From an uncultured Methanosarcinales archaeon (lineage in GTDB: Archaea > Nanobdellota > Nanobdellia > Woesearchaeales > ARS49), in NCBI GenBank assembly GCA_964497645.1, contig CAZCCU010000003.1, positions 1 through 62,561 of the forward strand: 62,561 nt of DNA. The letters are read 5' to 3'. The position numbers and the translations under genes are program-made. Of this stretch, positions 8,975 to 17,374 are shown piece by piece. How positions within the stretch are numbered: position 1 is the first letter of the stretch; each line of letters opens with the position of its first letter. The notes below the pieces were generated by a model, which saw nothing but the letters and a program-made list of their open reading frames with translations, did no database searches and was not told where the DNA came from.

Positions 8975-9313
8975 ATGGCAGATTACATACGTGCATTGAA
9001 GTGGCCTGTCCTTACTTGGATAGTGCTCGATGTGTTATATTATGTTGTGGGCAAAGTATATGCCCCTGCAGGGCAACTGTTTACGCCGGACATTGCTGCA
9101 ATAACAGCAATCGTATTCGGTATTTGGGGCGGCAGCAAGATTGTCGAGTTCAAAGGCAAATACTTGGATGCTTTTGGCGCAGGTGTTGTTTTGGGCGTTC
9201 TATGCTTCGTCCTATGCCTGCTTGGAGGATTCGGAGCCCCGCTTGGAGTGTACATGGGTATCATGAACCTCTCAGGTGCATTGATTGGCGGCGGATACGC
9301 GCTAACGCGATAA
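8975..9313 (+). CDS. Hypothetical membrane protein (3-4 TM)
   Basis: 112 aa, Gly-rich and hydrophobic throughout. Confidence 0.5.
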   Translation: MADYIRALKWPVLTWIVLDVLYYVVGKVYAPAGQLFTPDIAAITAIVFGIWGGSKIVEFKGKYLDAFGAGVVLGVLCFVLCLLGGFGAPLGVYMGIMNLSGALIGGGYALTR

Positions 9314-9333
9314 TTTTTATTCTTTTATTTTTG
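9314..9333 (+). terminator. Oligo-T tract (archaeal-type terminator candidate)
   Basis: TTTTTATTCTTTTATTTTT immediately follows the stop codon. Confidence 0.35.
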
Positions 9334-9421
9334 ATTTCTCTATTGCTTTCCGCAGAAGGCTTCCATCCCGTCTTCTCACAAATCGTAATCTTTATAATGT
9401 TGCGAGCGCGTCTGTGTATTC

Positions 9422-9895
9422 ATGCAAAAGAAGTTCGGATTGCTAATCGTATTCGCGTTATTGGTTGCGTGCGCTCCGCAGCAACCTGCGCCGGTCCCGA
9501 TGAGTCCTGTTCTTGTTTCTGTGGATGAACTCGTGTGGGCAGACGCTCCGCCTTCTTTGCCTCCAGGTGCGAAAATCGCGGTCATTGAGGCGGGTGGTTT
9601 GAAGAATCCTGAACCGTTCACATTTAGGTTGAAGCTTCCTCCTAATTATGAGATAGCACCGCACACTCATCCTGCGATTGAGCACGTGACGGTCCTCTCA
9701 GGAACTTTCTATTTCGCGGAAGGAAGTGATCCAGAAAAAGCCAGGGAATACACAGCTGGAAGCGTTATAATCATGCCAATCGGTCATTCTATGGTGGCTT
9801 TCACGAAGGATGAAGAGGCAGTCATCCAGGTGCACGGCACCGGCCCGTGGGGAATCACCTACCTAGATTCTGCTGACGATCCGAGAAACAAGTAA
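9422..9895 (+). CDS. Secreted cupin-domain (lipo)protein
   Basis: Signal peptide with lipobox-like LLVACAP. Cupin motif HTHPAIEHVTVLSGTFYF. Confidence 0.65.
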   Translation: MQKKFGLLIVFALLVACAPQQPAPVPMSPVLVSVDELVWADAPPSLPPGAKIAVIEAGGLKNPEPFTFRLKLPPNYEIAPHTHPAIEHVTVLSGTFYFAEGSDPEKAREYTAGSVIIMPIGHSMVAFTKDEEAVIQVHGTGPWGITYLDSADDPRNK

Positions 9896-9898
9896 AAA

Positions 9899-10438
9899 TT
9901 ATCCCAATTCTCTTTTCAATATTTTGTGCGCGCGGTTGATTGCTTTGAATTTGGTCAGATTGCCTGTAGAAACATCAGGGTGGTGTTCTTTTGCTAATGC
10001 CTTGTATCTCTTATTAATAGCGTCTAAATCTTTGGTATCGTGGCTTACTCCCAATGTCTCTCGTGCTTCTTTGCGTTGTTCCTCAACATCTTCTTCCTCT
10101 TTGAATTCGCTGATGAAGTCTTGTATTGTTTTCCGTTTATGGATCACGGCGTCGACTTCAAGCGCGATTACTTTTGAGACGACGTACAAGTTTTCAACAA
10201 ACTTCGAAGCTGCTTCATAGCTGTAGTACATGCGGTGTCCATCCATGAACCACAATACTGATGCGGGAGCGTTTTTCAAGGCGAATTTTTCCATTTGGAC
10301 GTCAATCTGGCTTTCTGGAACTCCTAGTGCGTTCAGCGCTTCGATGATGTGATTCATGAATTGTATGGCTCGCCTGCTGAACGAGTCTTTTACTATGAAC
10401 ATCTCGAATTCATATCCTTTAACTTTTGTTATCGTCAT
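9899..10438 (-). CDS. J-domain protein (C-terminal DnaJ domain)
   Basis: C-terminus reads RYKALAKEHHPDVSTGNLTKFKAINRAHKIL, with an HPD tripeptide. Confidence 0.7.
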   Translation of the reverse strand: MTITKVKGYEFEMFIVKDSFSRRAIQFMNHIIEALNALGVPESQIDVQMEKFALKNAPASVLWFMDGHRMYYSYEAASKFVENLYVVSKVIALEVDAVIHKRKTIQDFISEFKEEEDVEEQRKEARETLGVSHDTKDLDAINKRYKALAKEHHPDVSTGNLTKFKAINRAHKILKRELG

Positions 10439-10481
10439 TATTCATTACCACTCAGTGGTTATATACAAAAAACGCGCGTCC

Positions 10482-10489
10482 TTTATAAA
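10482..10489. promoter_or_regulatory. TATA box TTTATAAA
   Basis: Palindromic TATA between the J-domain gene start (10438, minus) and a structured region on the plus strand. Confidence 0.4.
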
Positions 10490-10548
10490 CTTGGCTATGC
10501 GTATATAACCGAAACATTAAAATGCTCTTATCTTAACTTCTAGCGTGT

Positions 10549-10639
10549 CAAGAACCACGAGTGGTTCTTGAGCATGCTCGGAAACCCCGCGCTTCATATT
10601 ACAATCTGAAGCCAGTGGTTTCCGTGCAAGGGGTTTCCG
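10549..10639 (+). other. Cluster of perfect inverted repeats (structured leader, ncRNA or operator candidates)
   Basis: CAAGAACCAC-GA-GTGGTTCTTG at 10549-10570. CGGAAACCCC (10579-10588) is complementary to both GGTTTCCG (10617-10624) and GGGGTTTCCG (10630-10639). Confidence 0.4.
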
Positions 10640-10643
10640 ACAC

Positions 10644-10787
10644 ATGACCATTGGAAAAAAGGATCTTGAAAAGTTAAGAAAAGGATACCGCGAAGACCTG
10701 GCCATATTGGAAGAAAAATGCAAAGCCGGTAATGCGACTAAAGATGAGTATGAACAGTTGAACAAACTCAGAAAAAAGATGAAATAA
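10644..10787 (+). CDS. Possible 47-aa small ORF
   Basis: Translation MTIGKKDLEKLRKGYREDLAILEEKCKAGNATKDEYEQLNKLRKKMK. Below the ORF-track cutoff. No SD seen. Confidence 0.25.
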   Translation: MTIGKKDLEKLRKGYREDLAILEEKCKAGNATKDEYEQLNKLRKKMK

Positions 10788-11138
10788 TCAGTATTGACAG
10801 AGTCCTGGTACAACACTCGTGATGGTTGCTTCTGAGCCGCACGATTTTTCGCATATTTCTCGTGCTTGGTCCATATTCTCTGCAGTAAGTTTTTCACAGG
10901 TACACTGGTAGCATTCCTGTACATCATGTTGTTCAGGTGGTATTTCTTGGCCGCAGTTTGCCAGGCATTGGCGCAATTCATTGCCACCAAGCGCGTTAAA
11001 ACATTGTGGCTGGCAGTCCAAAGAAGCACCCCACAAACCTGTTGGTTTGTCAGCAAGCATTGTGTACGTCAGACCAATTCCTGCAACGACTGCAAATGCG
11101 AGAAATATGTAAAGTTCTACGTTCCCTCTTTTTGACAT
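10788..11138 (-). CDS. Small Cys-rich secreted/membrane-anchored protein
   Basis: N-terminal TM ELYIFLAFAVVAGIGLTY, then 10 Cys residues. Confidence 0.5.
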   Translation of the reverse strand: MSKRGNVELYIFLAFAVVAGIGLTYTMLADKPTGLWGASLDCQPQCFNALGGNELRQCLANCGQEIPPEQHDVQECYQCTCEKLTAENMDQAREICEKSCGSEATITSVVPGLCQY

Positions 11139-11173
11139 GACTCTTATTAGCTGAGGCGTGTATAAAAATGTTA

Positions 11174-12370
11174 CTATCGTCTTCTTTTCCAGAATTGTTT
11201 CTGTCTTTTCTGTCCGCCGTGGTGTTGGAACGTTCTTTCTTGTGTTGGTCCTGCGACCATGGTGACTTTCTCAAATTTCGGCAGTGGTACAGATGTGACT
11301 TGTCTTCCTGTGCTGCGGAGTATGAGTTTGAAATCGCGTACGTCTTGTGGCGTTACGAACGTGACCGCTTCGCCTTTTGCTCCTGCGCGCGCGGTGCGTC
11401 CGATGCGGTGGACATAATCATCTGCTGTTTGTGGTAGTTCATAATTGTAGACGTGTGAGATATTGTTGATGTGGAGTCCGCGCGAAGCGACATCGGTTGC
11501 AACGAGGATTCCAATTCCGCGTTTGTGCAGTGTGTTGATCGTGTTGATGCGTTTGCTTTGGGAAAGTCCGCCGTGGATTGGTGTCGCGTCGATTTTTTGC
11601 ATGCGTAGATTCTTTGCGACTTTATCGCAGCTGCGTCGTGTTGCGCAGAAAACAAGCGCGATTCCAGGAGTTTCGTGTTTGAGGCAGTGCACCAGAAGGG
11701 AGAATTTGTCTGGCATGGGTACTGCGTATGCTTTTTCAGTGAGCAGGCTCGTGTCGACTTGGGTTTGTCCGTGTACTGGTGTGGGATTGTTCATGTATTT
11801 GTGCACTAGTGCTTTCAGTCGGGGTGATAATGTCGCGCTGAACAATAGTGTCTGTCTGTTTTTTTGAGTATGGCGTAAAATCTTTTCTACATCATCAATG
11901 AATCCCATGTCGAGCATTCGGTCTGCTTCGTCAAGTACTAGGTACTTTACTGTGCTTAGTCTCAGCCCCCGTTCGATCAGGTCGAGTAGTCTGCCGGGTG
12001 TTGCGACGATGACTTCTGCGGTGCGTACTGCGTTGATTTGTTGTCCGATTCCGACTCCGCCGAACACTGGAACGATTTTGAGTGGGAGGTATTTTGCGAA
12101 TCCGCGTAATGCGTCGCTTACTTGAACGCAGAGCTCGCGTGTTGGGGTTAGGATGAGGGATTGGACTCCTTGTCCAGGAGAGACTTTGCTCAGTATCGGG
12201 AGCCCGAACGCGGCTGTTTTTCCTGAGCCGGTTTCTGAGTGCCCGATGATGTCTTTTCCAGTAAGAATTAATGGTATGGCTTGTGATTGGATTAATGTTG
12301 GCGTTGAATATCCTTGGTCGTGTATTGCCTTAAGGATTGGCGCTGGTAGGTTTAGGTTTGAAAATGGCAT
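11174..12370 (-). CDS. DEAD-box ATP-dependent RNA helicase
   Basis: Q-motif region, ETGSGKTAAF (motif I), DEAD, SAT and HRIGRTARAG. Confidence 0.92.
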   Translation of the reverse strand: MPFSNLNLPAPILKAIHDQGYSTPTLIQSQAIPLILTGKDIIGHSETGSGKTAAFGLPILSKVSPGQGVQSLILTPTRELCVQVSDALRGFAKYLPLKIVPVFGGVGIGQQINAVRTAEVIVATPGRLLDLIERGLRLSTVKYLVLDEADRMLDMGFIDDVEKILRHTQKNRQTLLFSATLSPRLKALVHKYMNNPTPVHGQTQVDTSLLTEKAYAVPMPDKFSLLVHCLKHETPGIALVFCATRRSCDKVAKNLRMQKIDATPIHGGLSQSKRINTINTLHKRGIGILVATDVASRGLHINNISHVYNYELPQTADDYVHRIGRTARAGAKGEAVTFVTPQDVRDFKLILRSTGRQVTSVPLPKFEKVTMVAGPTQERTFQHHGGQKRQKQFWKRRR

Positions 12371-12398
12371 GGTCTGCTCTTATCTATTCTTTAAACAT

Positions 12399-12419
12399 CG
12401 GAAATCCAAAGGATTTCCG
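12399..12419. promoter_or_regulatory. 21-bp perfect palindrome CGGAAATCC-AAA-GGATTTCCG upstream of the helicase gene
   Basis: Read directly, 29 nt upstream of the helicase ATG. The half-site resembles CGGAAACCCC/GGTTTCCG at 10579-10639. Confidence 0.45.
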
Positions 12420-12553
12420 AGTGTACTCAAGAACCTAGGTTCTCGATACTATATCTTTGAGAATAGTAATCTATTCACGAGAGTGTTCATTTATAAAGGT
12501 TTGCATGTTTTTTTCAAGAAAACTTTATTAACATCTAAGACGGATAGTCGTTG

Positions 12554-13102
12554 ATGAAATCTCGTTGTTTTGGCAATGGCGACCCTTTGTACGAGCGCTA
12601 TCATGATGAGGAATGGGGAGTTCCGGTTCATGATGACAGGAAATTGTTTGAATTTATTACTTTGGAGGGCGCTCAGGCCGGTCTTTCCTGGAGTACTGTT
12701 TTGAAGAGAAGGGAAGGATACAGAAAAGCCTTCAAGAATTTTGACGCGCAAAAGGTTTCAAAGTTCACTGCAGTGGACGTGAAGCGTTTGATGAATGATG
12801 TTGGAATTATTCGCAACAGGCTTAAGATAGAATCTACTATCAGCAACGCGAAAGCTTTCCTTATAGTTACGAAGGAATTCAGCTCTTTTGACAGATATAT
12901 CTGGCAGTTCACAAAAGGAAAAACTATTAGAAACCGGATAAAGCGCGGTCAGTGGCAGGCGACTTCAAAAGAATCTGATGAAATGTCTGAAGAATTGAAA
13001 AAGCGCGGCTTCAGGTTTGTGGGCAGCACGATTTGTTATGCTTTCATGCAGGCTGTTGGCATGGTGAACGACCACGCTATAGATTGCTGGAAATACTCAT
13101 AA
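12554..13102 (+). CDS. tag: DNA-3-methyladenine glycosylase I
   Basis: The stretch CFGNGDPLYERYHDEEWGVPVHDDRKLFEFITLEGAQAGLSWSTVLKRR is characteristic of Tag. TTTATAAA at 12490. Confidence 0.88.
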   Translation: MKSRCFGNGDPLYERYHDEEWGVPVHDDRKLFEFITLEGAQAGLSWSTVLKRREGYRKAFKNFDAQKVSKFTAVDVKRLMNDVGIIRNRLKIESTISNAKAFLIVTKEFSSFDRYIWQFTKGKTIRNRIKRGQWQATSKESDEMSEELKKRGFRFVGSTICYAFMQAVGMVNDHAIDCWKYS

Positions 13103-13490
13103 GCGAGCTCTTGTATTTCTCTGGAAAATATGCTTTTGCTCTAAAGATAAGTGGCGTCAGTCCTCTTTTCGCCAGCGCTTCTTTTAATCTTGTTTCATCA
13201 ACTTTCTGGTCATATCCTAAGCAAATCACGTCTGGCTTTTCTTGCTCAACAATTTTCAGTTTATCTCCTTCGTTTCCTAAAATCGCCTTATCCACGATTT
13301 GCACAGCAGTCACGCGTGCGTGCCTTTCTTTTTCTCCAAATCTTGGCAGTTTTCCTTTTTCTTTTAGGACTGTTGAATCCCGTGCAACTACAACAATAAG
13401 GTAATCTCCATACTGCTTTGCCTGTCTGAAGTAGTCTAAATGTCCTGGATGCAATATGTCGAATGTCCCCATGCACATGACTTTGCCCAT
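13077..13490 (-). CDS. ribL: Cytidylyltransferase-fold nucleotidyltransferase, RibL-like FAD synthase
   Basis: MGTFDILHPGHLDYF (H-x-G-H motif), about 137 aa. The assignment against other small cytidylyltransferases is uncertain. Confidence 0.55.
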   Translation of the reverse strand: MGKVMCMGTFDILHPGHLDYFRQAKQYGDYLIVVVARDSTVLKEKGKLPRFGEKERHARVTAVQIVDKAILGNEGDKLKIVEQEKPDVICLGYDQKVDETRLKEALAKRGLTPLIFRAKAYFPEKYKSSLMSISSNL

Positions 13491-13672
13491 ACAGCAGTAC
13501 TGTACGTACGTCAGTATTATATCTTTCTTTTTCTATTTAGATTTCAATGGAAAAGAACAGTGGAAGGATGAGCGTTGATTGACGCGTGCGCAAACTCTCA
13601 ACGCAACACGGGCCTTGAGCTGAGCGCTTAGCTATATGCCTTGGCCCATTCCAATTTACTGTTTTATGGTTT

Positions 13673-14362
13673 ATGGAGATGAACAACTTCCCAGGATCGA
13701 TTGATAGAATAGTGAAAGAAAGTGGTGACATTGTAGTAATTTCAAGGGTCGAATATGCGACTTTGTTACAGCGTGCTTCTACAGACAGTCTGACTGGGTT
13801 GAAAAACAAAAGGTGTTTTGAGGATCAGTTGCTTTATGATGTGAGAATGGCCCGGCGGGATATTCAGAAGGGTGGTAGTCCTGATAATGTTGCTTTGTTG
13901 TATTTTGATTTGAATGGTTTGAAATATGTGAATGATGAGTATGGGCATGATGTGGGAGATACAGTGCTAAAGGAATTTGCTGACTTGTTAAAACTCTATT
14001 TCCGCCGCGCATCAGATACGAATGCAAGGGTAGGCGGTGATGAGTTTGCCGCACTGCTGCCAAAGACGGAAATGGAAGAAGCTTGGAGTATGGGAAGAAA
14101 TATTCATAAAGCCGCCCGTCATCTGGGTATCCTTGTGGCAGTCGGCGTGGCAAATTATCGGTTGAGTGTGGAAGATCCTATTGTGGATGGCAGATATACG
14201 CGAAAATTTGAGGATGTTGTGGATGAATTGAAGCAGAAAGCTGATTCCGGCATGTACAGTAATAAAAGAGGAATCTATAGGAAGATAACTCCTCAGCAAT
14301 TTTATGATGCGCATTTCCAAGAGCGCGGTGTGCTTACGATGGCCGAATCTATTGCTGCGTGA
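13673..14362 (+). CDS. GGDEF-domain protein (diguanylate cyclase-like)
   Basis: DSLTGLKNKRCFEDQL, LLYFDLNGLKYVNDEYGHDVGD and an intact RVGGDEFAALLP active-site motif. There is only about 45 aa of N-terminal sequence. Confidence 0.85.
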   Translation: MEMNNFPGSIDRIVKESGDIVVISRVEYATLLQRASTDSLTGLKNKRCFEDQLLYDVRMARRDIQKGGSPDNVALLYFDLNGLKYVNDEYGHDVGDTVLKEFADLLKLYFRRASDTNARVGGDEFAALLPKTEMEEAWSMGRNIHKAARHLGILVAVGVANYRLSVEDPIVDGRYTRKFEDVVDELKQKADSGMYSNKRGIYRKITPQQFYDAHFQERGVLTMAESIAA

Positions 14363-14389
14363 TTATTTTTTGGAATCTATTTGTGAATT

Positions 14390-14614
14390 CTACTGTGCTT
14401 TTGTTTTCTTGTGGTAAACATATAACGCGTACGCCAAGTAAATGAATGATAGAACTCCAAGAATGATTATTACGGCCTGATGCATGATTAATGGCATGAG
14501 GAACGTGTCAAAAGTTCCGATGTAATAAACATACATGGAGCCGACTGAAGACAAAGAGATGACGATTGTTAACAACGACAAGGCCTCAACTAAACTTCTT
14601 TCGTACCTTTTCAT
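14390..14614 (-). CDS. Hypothetical small membrane protein (2 TM)
   Basis: 74 aa, hydrophobic. Confidence 0.4.
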   Translation of the reverse strand: MKRYERSLVEALSLLTIVISLSSVGSMYVYYIGTFDTFLMPLIMHQAVIIILGVLSFIYLAYALYVYHKKTKAQ

Positions 14615-14656
14615 CAGTACACCTCTTTTTTGTAAAATTTCGTGAAAATGAAGAAA

Positions 14657-14866
14657 TTATTTCGCTTTCTTCTGAAACTCTGTATACCCGCAGCCACCGC
14701 AATACAATCTATCCTGGTGTTGTGCCATGAAGAATCCTTGTCCGCATTTCGGGCAGCTCTTGTTCTTGCGTTCCAATTTGTCGCCTTTTTTCTCGTATAG
14801 TTTCCACGCGCCTTTGGTTGGTGGTCCTTTTTTCACTGGTGCTTTTTTGTCTGCCATGGTTATCAC
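14657..14866 (-). CDS. rps27ae: 30S ribosomal protein S27ae (eS31)
   Basis: Zinc ribbon CPKCGQGFFMAQHQDRLYCGGCGYT. Lies in the conserved archaeal rpoE-spt4-S24e-S27ae cluster. Confidence 0.85.
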   Translation of the reverse strand: MITMADKKAPVKKGPPTKGAWKLYEKKGDKLERKNKSCPKCGQGFFMAQHQDRLYCGGCGYTEFQKKAK

Positions 14867-15171
14867 TTAGCTGGTGCTGCCACAGGAGCTGCTCCTGGCG
14901 CTGCTTTTGCAAGTTTCTTTCTCGGCTCTATTTTGTCGAATTGTTCTTTGGTTGCATAAGCAACTGCTTCGAATGCTGCTTTTCCTGATCCGAATGAGCC
15001 GTAAATGTGTCTTATTGCGACCAATTCTATTTGTATTCCTAGTTTCTTCGCTAGTTCTTCTTGTAAATGTTTGTTGCTTGGTGTTGCTGTTCCTGTAAAT
15101 TTAATCTCTCCAGTTATTTCTTGTCTCTGCAATACTGGATTTTCTTTCTTGTTCTTGATTTCTAAGTCCAT
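14863..15171 (-). CDS. rps24e: 30S ribosomal protein S24e (eS24)
   Basis: NPVLQRQEI...TPSNKHLQEELAKKLG...GSFGSGKAAFEAVAY. Cluster context supports the call. Confidence 0.85.
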   Translation of the reverse strand: MDLEIKNKKENPVLQRQEITGEIKFTGTATPSNKHLQEELAKKLGIQIELVAIRHIYGSFGSGKAAFEAVAYATKEQFDKIEPRKKLAKAAPGAAPVAAPAK

Positions 15172-15359
15172 TAAGTCACCTTGATTGCGTATTCTCCGTC
15201 ATTATCAACACCAATCTTCTTGGCTATGCCGCTTTGTTTGGCGTCAACTATGAATATTCTGCCTTTCCAGTTTGTTACAGATTGCGATGTCTTGCATAGC
15301 GGGCATTCGTCTCCTTCAAAAAAGTATTTGCATCGTTTGCAGGCTTTTTTCTTGCTCAT
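15171..15359 (-). CDS. spt4: Transcription elongation factor Spt4 / RpoE''
   Basis: Zinc finger CKRC...CPLC followed by NWKGRIFIVD. 62 aa. Confidence 0.8.
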   Translation of the reverse strand: MSKKKACKRCKYFFEGDECPLCKTSQSVTNWKGRIFIVDAKQSGIAKKIGVDNDGEYAIKVT

Positions 15360-15958
15360 TTTTCTTTTTTCTCCTTTTTACCGGCTTTCTTTTCTTCTTT
15401 TTTCTCTTCTGGGGCAGCTGCAGGCTCTTCTTCTGCTGTTATCCATTCTAGCTTTCCGAGTCCTGGCTGTCTCATTGTTAGGCCGATTTTTGGATTGGTA
15501 ACGTCTTTGAATGATACTGCTATTACTCTTGCTCTGCACATGTCGCCGACTTTTAGTGCTCTTTTGCTGTCTCTTCCGCTTAATGTTTTGTCTTTTGCGA
15601 ACGTTACGAAGTCGTCCATTGTTTGTGAGATGTGTATCATTCCGTCTATTGGTCCTAGTGTGATGAACGCGCCAAAGTCTGCAATGTCTTTGATCTTTCC
15701 CGTGCAGACTTCTTGTAGTTCTGGTTGGAATGCGAGTAATTCAAATGTGGTGTCGTAATAGCTTGCGCCGTCTCCTGGGATTATTACGCCTTCTCCTATT
15801 TCTTTGACTTGCGAGACATCTATGACTACGCCTAAGTTTGGATCAATCAAGCCGTCGTACTTCTGTTTGACTGCTTTGAGTACAGCTTCGTTTACATCGA
15901 ATGTGAAAAACCGTGGCGGTACTCTTATGTGGTCTTTTACTTCTATCTTGTAAAACAT
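15356..15958 (-). CDS. rpoE: DNA-directed RNA polymerase subunit E' (Rpo7) with S1 domain and K/E-rich tail
   Basis: MFYKIEVKDHIRVPP at the N-terminus. S1-like GKIKDIADFGAFITLGPIDGMIHISQ. Confidence 0.88.
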   Translation of the reverse strand: MFYKIEVKDHIRVPPRFFTFDVNEAVLKAVKQKYDGLIDPNLGVVIDVSQVKEIGEGVIIPGDGASYYDTTFELLAFQPELQEVCTGKIKDIADFGAFITLGPIDGMIHISQTMDDFVTFAKDKTLSGRDSKRALKVGDMCRARVIAVSFKDVTNPKIGLTMRQPGLGKLEWITAEEEPAAAPEEKKEEKKAGKKEKKEK

Positions 15959-16034
15959 TTTTTGGTCTCCATCAATAACGAGCGGTTAGAAGAAACCCCC
16001 GTTATCTCATCTGTACTCGAAAACCAGAGAGGGA

Positions 16035-16042
16035 TTTATAAA
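16035..16042 (+). promoter_or_regulatory. TATA box TTTATAAA (with GGGA BRE-like flank)
   Basis: Lies 23 nt upstream of the ATG at 16065. Confidence 0.55.
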
Positions 16043-16064
16043 GGTTATGGTGTTTTCCGCTGGC

Positions 16065-16403
16065 ATGAAAGTTCATCGCCCTTGGGGCTATTATGAGACG
16101 CTGAGAAGTTCTCCTGGTTGGCAGTTGAAGGTTTTGGTCATTAATCCTGGTCATGCTATCAGTTTGCAGAAGCATAAGCACAGGGCAGAGCATTGGACTG
16201 TTGCGAGTGGCAGTGGTCTTTTTACTGTTGGGAATAAGATTCTTGCAAAAAAGGCAGGCCAGGATGTTTTCATCAAGAAAGGCCAGAAGCACCGCATTTC
16301 AAACAATGGCAAGAAGCCTGTTACGATTGTTGAAGTTCAGTTTGGAGAGATCATCAGCGAAGATGACATTATCAGATTCGAAGACCATTATGGAAGGGCT
16401 TAA
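16065..16403 (+). CDS. Cupin protein, mannose-6-phosphate isomerase (type II C-terminal domain)-like
   Basis: RPWGYYETL...LKVLVINPGHAISLQKHKHRAEHWTV. The track start 16047 is only 5 nt from the TATA box, so the ATG at 16065 (leaderless) is preferred. Confidence 0.6.
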   Translation: MKVHRPWGYYETLRSSPGWQLKVLVINPGHAISLQKHKHRAEHWTVASGSGLFTVGNKILAKKAGQDVFIKKGQKHRISNNGKKPVTIVEVQFGEIISEDDIIRFEDHYGRA

Positions 16404-16463
16404 GCTTCAATATCCTCCAAATAAGTAGAGGAAAAACCAGAAGGGGGTTTATAGAGCTTGTGC

Positions 16464-16994
16464 CTATTCTTCTATTTTCTTCCAATCGAAGTGTGTGGTT
16501 TTTGCTGAAGGTTTGCCGATAACTTTTTCCCAGAGGTGATAGTCTTGTCCGTACCAGTGTTTTTTCAATTCTGCGACGCGTCGCAAGCCGTGTGCTTTTG
16601 CAAATGCTGTACCTTCTTTGTTGATTACAAGTGAGTCAGCCATGACCTTATGTATGCCATTTTTCTTGGCCAAATTGATTTTGTAATTCCATATTGCGAT
16701 TCCTATTCCGTGTCTTCGATATTTTTTGTCTACCATTGTCCAGTCGCTGTAACCTACTCCGCCAAAGGATTTCCATACCGAACCAAAGGCTGCAATTTTG
16801 TCCCCTATTTTTGCCACAACAAGAATCATGTCTTTCTTTTCCAAGTGTTTACTGAGTTGATATGGTGTATACCATGTTATGAATTCTTTTTTTGACGCAT
16901 TGTTATAATAAGGATTTTCTCGTATGATTTTTTTGATGAGTGCTGCAGTTTCTTTTACTTCTTCTTGTTTGAGTTGGCTTAGTTTGCACTTCAT
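16464..16994 (-). CDS. GNAT-family N-acetyltransferase
   Basis: Acetyl-CoA binding motif RRHGIGIAIW. Confidence 0.65.
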   Translation of the reverse strand: MKCKLSQLKQEEVKETAALIKKIIRENPYYNNASKKEFITWYTPYQLSKHLEKKDMILVVAKIGDKIAAFGSVWKSFGGVGYSDWTMVDKKYRRHGIGIAIWNYKINLAKKNGIHKVMADSLVINKEGTAFAKAHGLRRVAELKKHWYGQDYHLWEKVIGKPSAKTTHFDWKKIEE

Positions 16995-17374
16995 GCTTTC
17001 ATCAACGCCAGCTTCTTCTGCGCTCTAATAATCACAACATCCTGCCCTTTCCTCTTTAATTTCCGCTTTAATTCTTTGTCCATTGTTGCTATGATGTTGT
17101 TTTCATCAGCTTTCTCAAGAAGTAAGTTGTCTGTATGCCCGCCGGCAGTGGGCATTATTGTTACTTTCTTCGTCATCAGTATTGTTTTTACCAGTTTTGC
17201 GTATTGTCCTTCTTTTTTGCCTCGCGCGATTATGGTATCAAGCTCTTCCATGGTTCTATCAAGGATGGCAACTTCGAATGAGAAATCTAGAATTCTTGTC
17301 AGTTCTGAATGCATATCTACCTTGTTCTTTGCGCATTCTACTAAAAAGTTAGTGTCTACGAGGATGGTTTTCAT
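16991..17374 (-). CDS. PIN-domain protein, Fcf1/Utp24-like
   Basis: ILVDTNFLVECAK at the N-terminus. C-terminal IIATMDKELKRKLKRKGQDVVIIR. Confidence 0.6.
   Translation of the reverse strand: MKTILVDTNFLVECAKNKVDMHSELTRILDFSFEVAILDRTMEELDTIIARGKKEGQYAKLVKTILMTKKVTIMPTAGGHTDNLLLEKADENNIIATMDKELKRKLKRKGQDVVIIRAQKKLALMKA

Noticed and set aside
10517-11056. 179-aa minus-strand ORF
   Set aside because: It overlaps the better-supported Cys-rich secreted protein gene (10788-11138) in another frame and runs through the palindromic region. No motifs.
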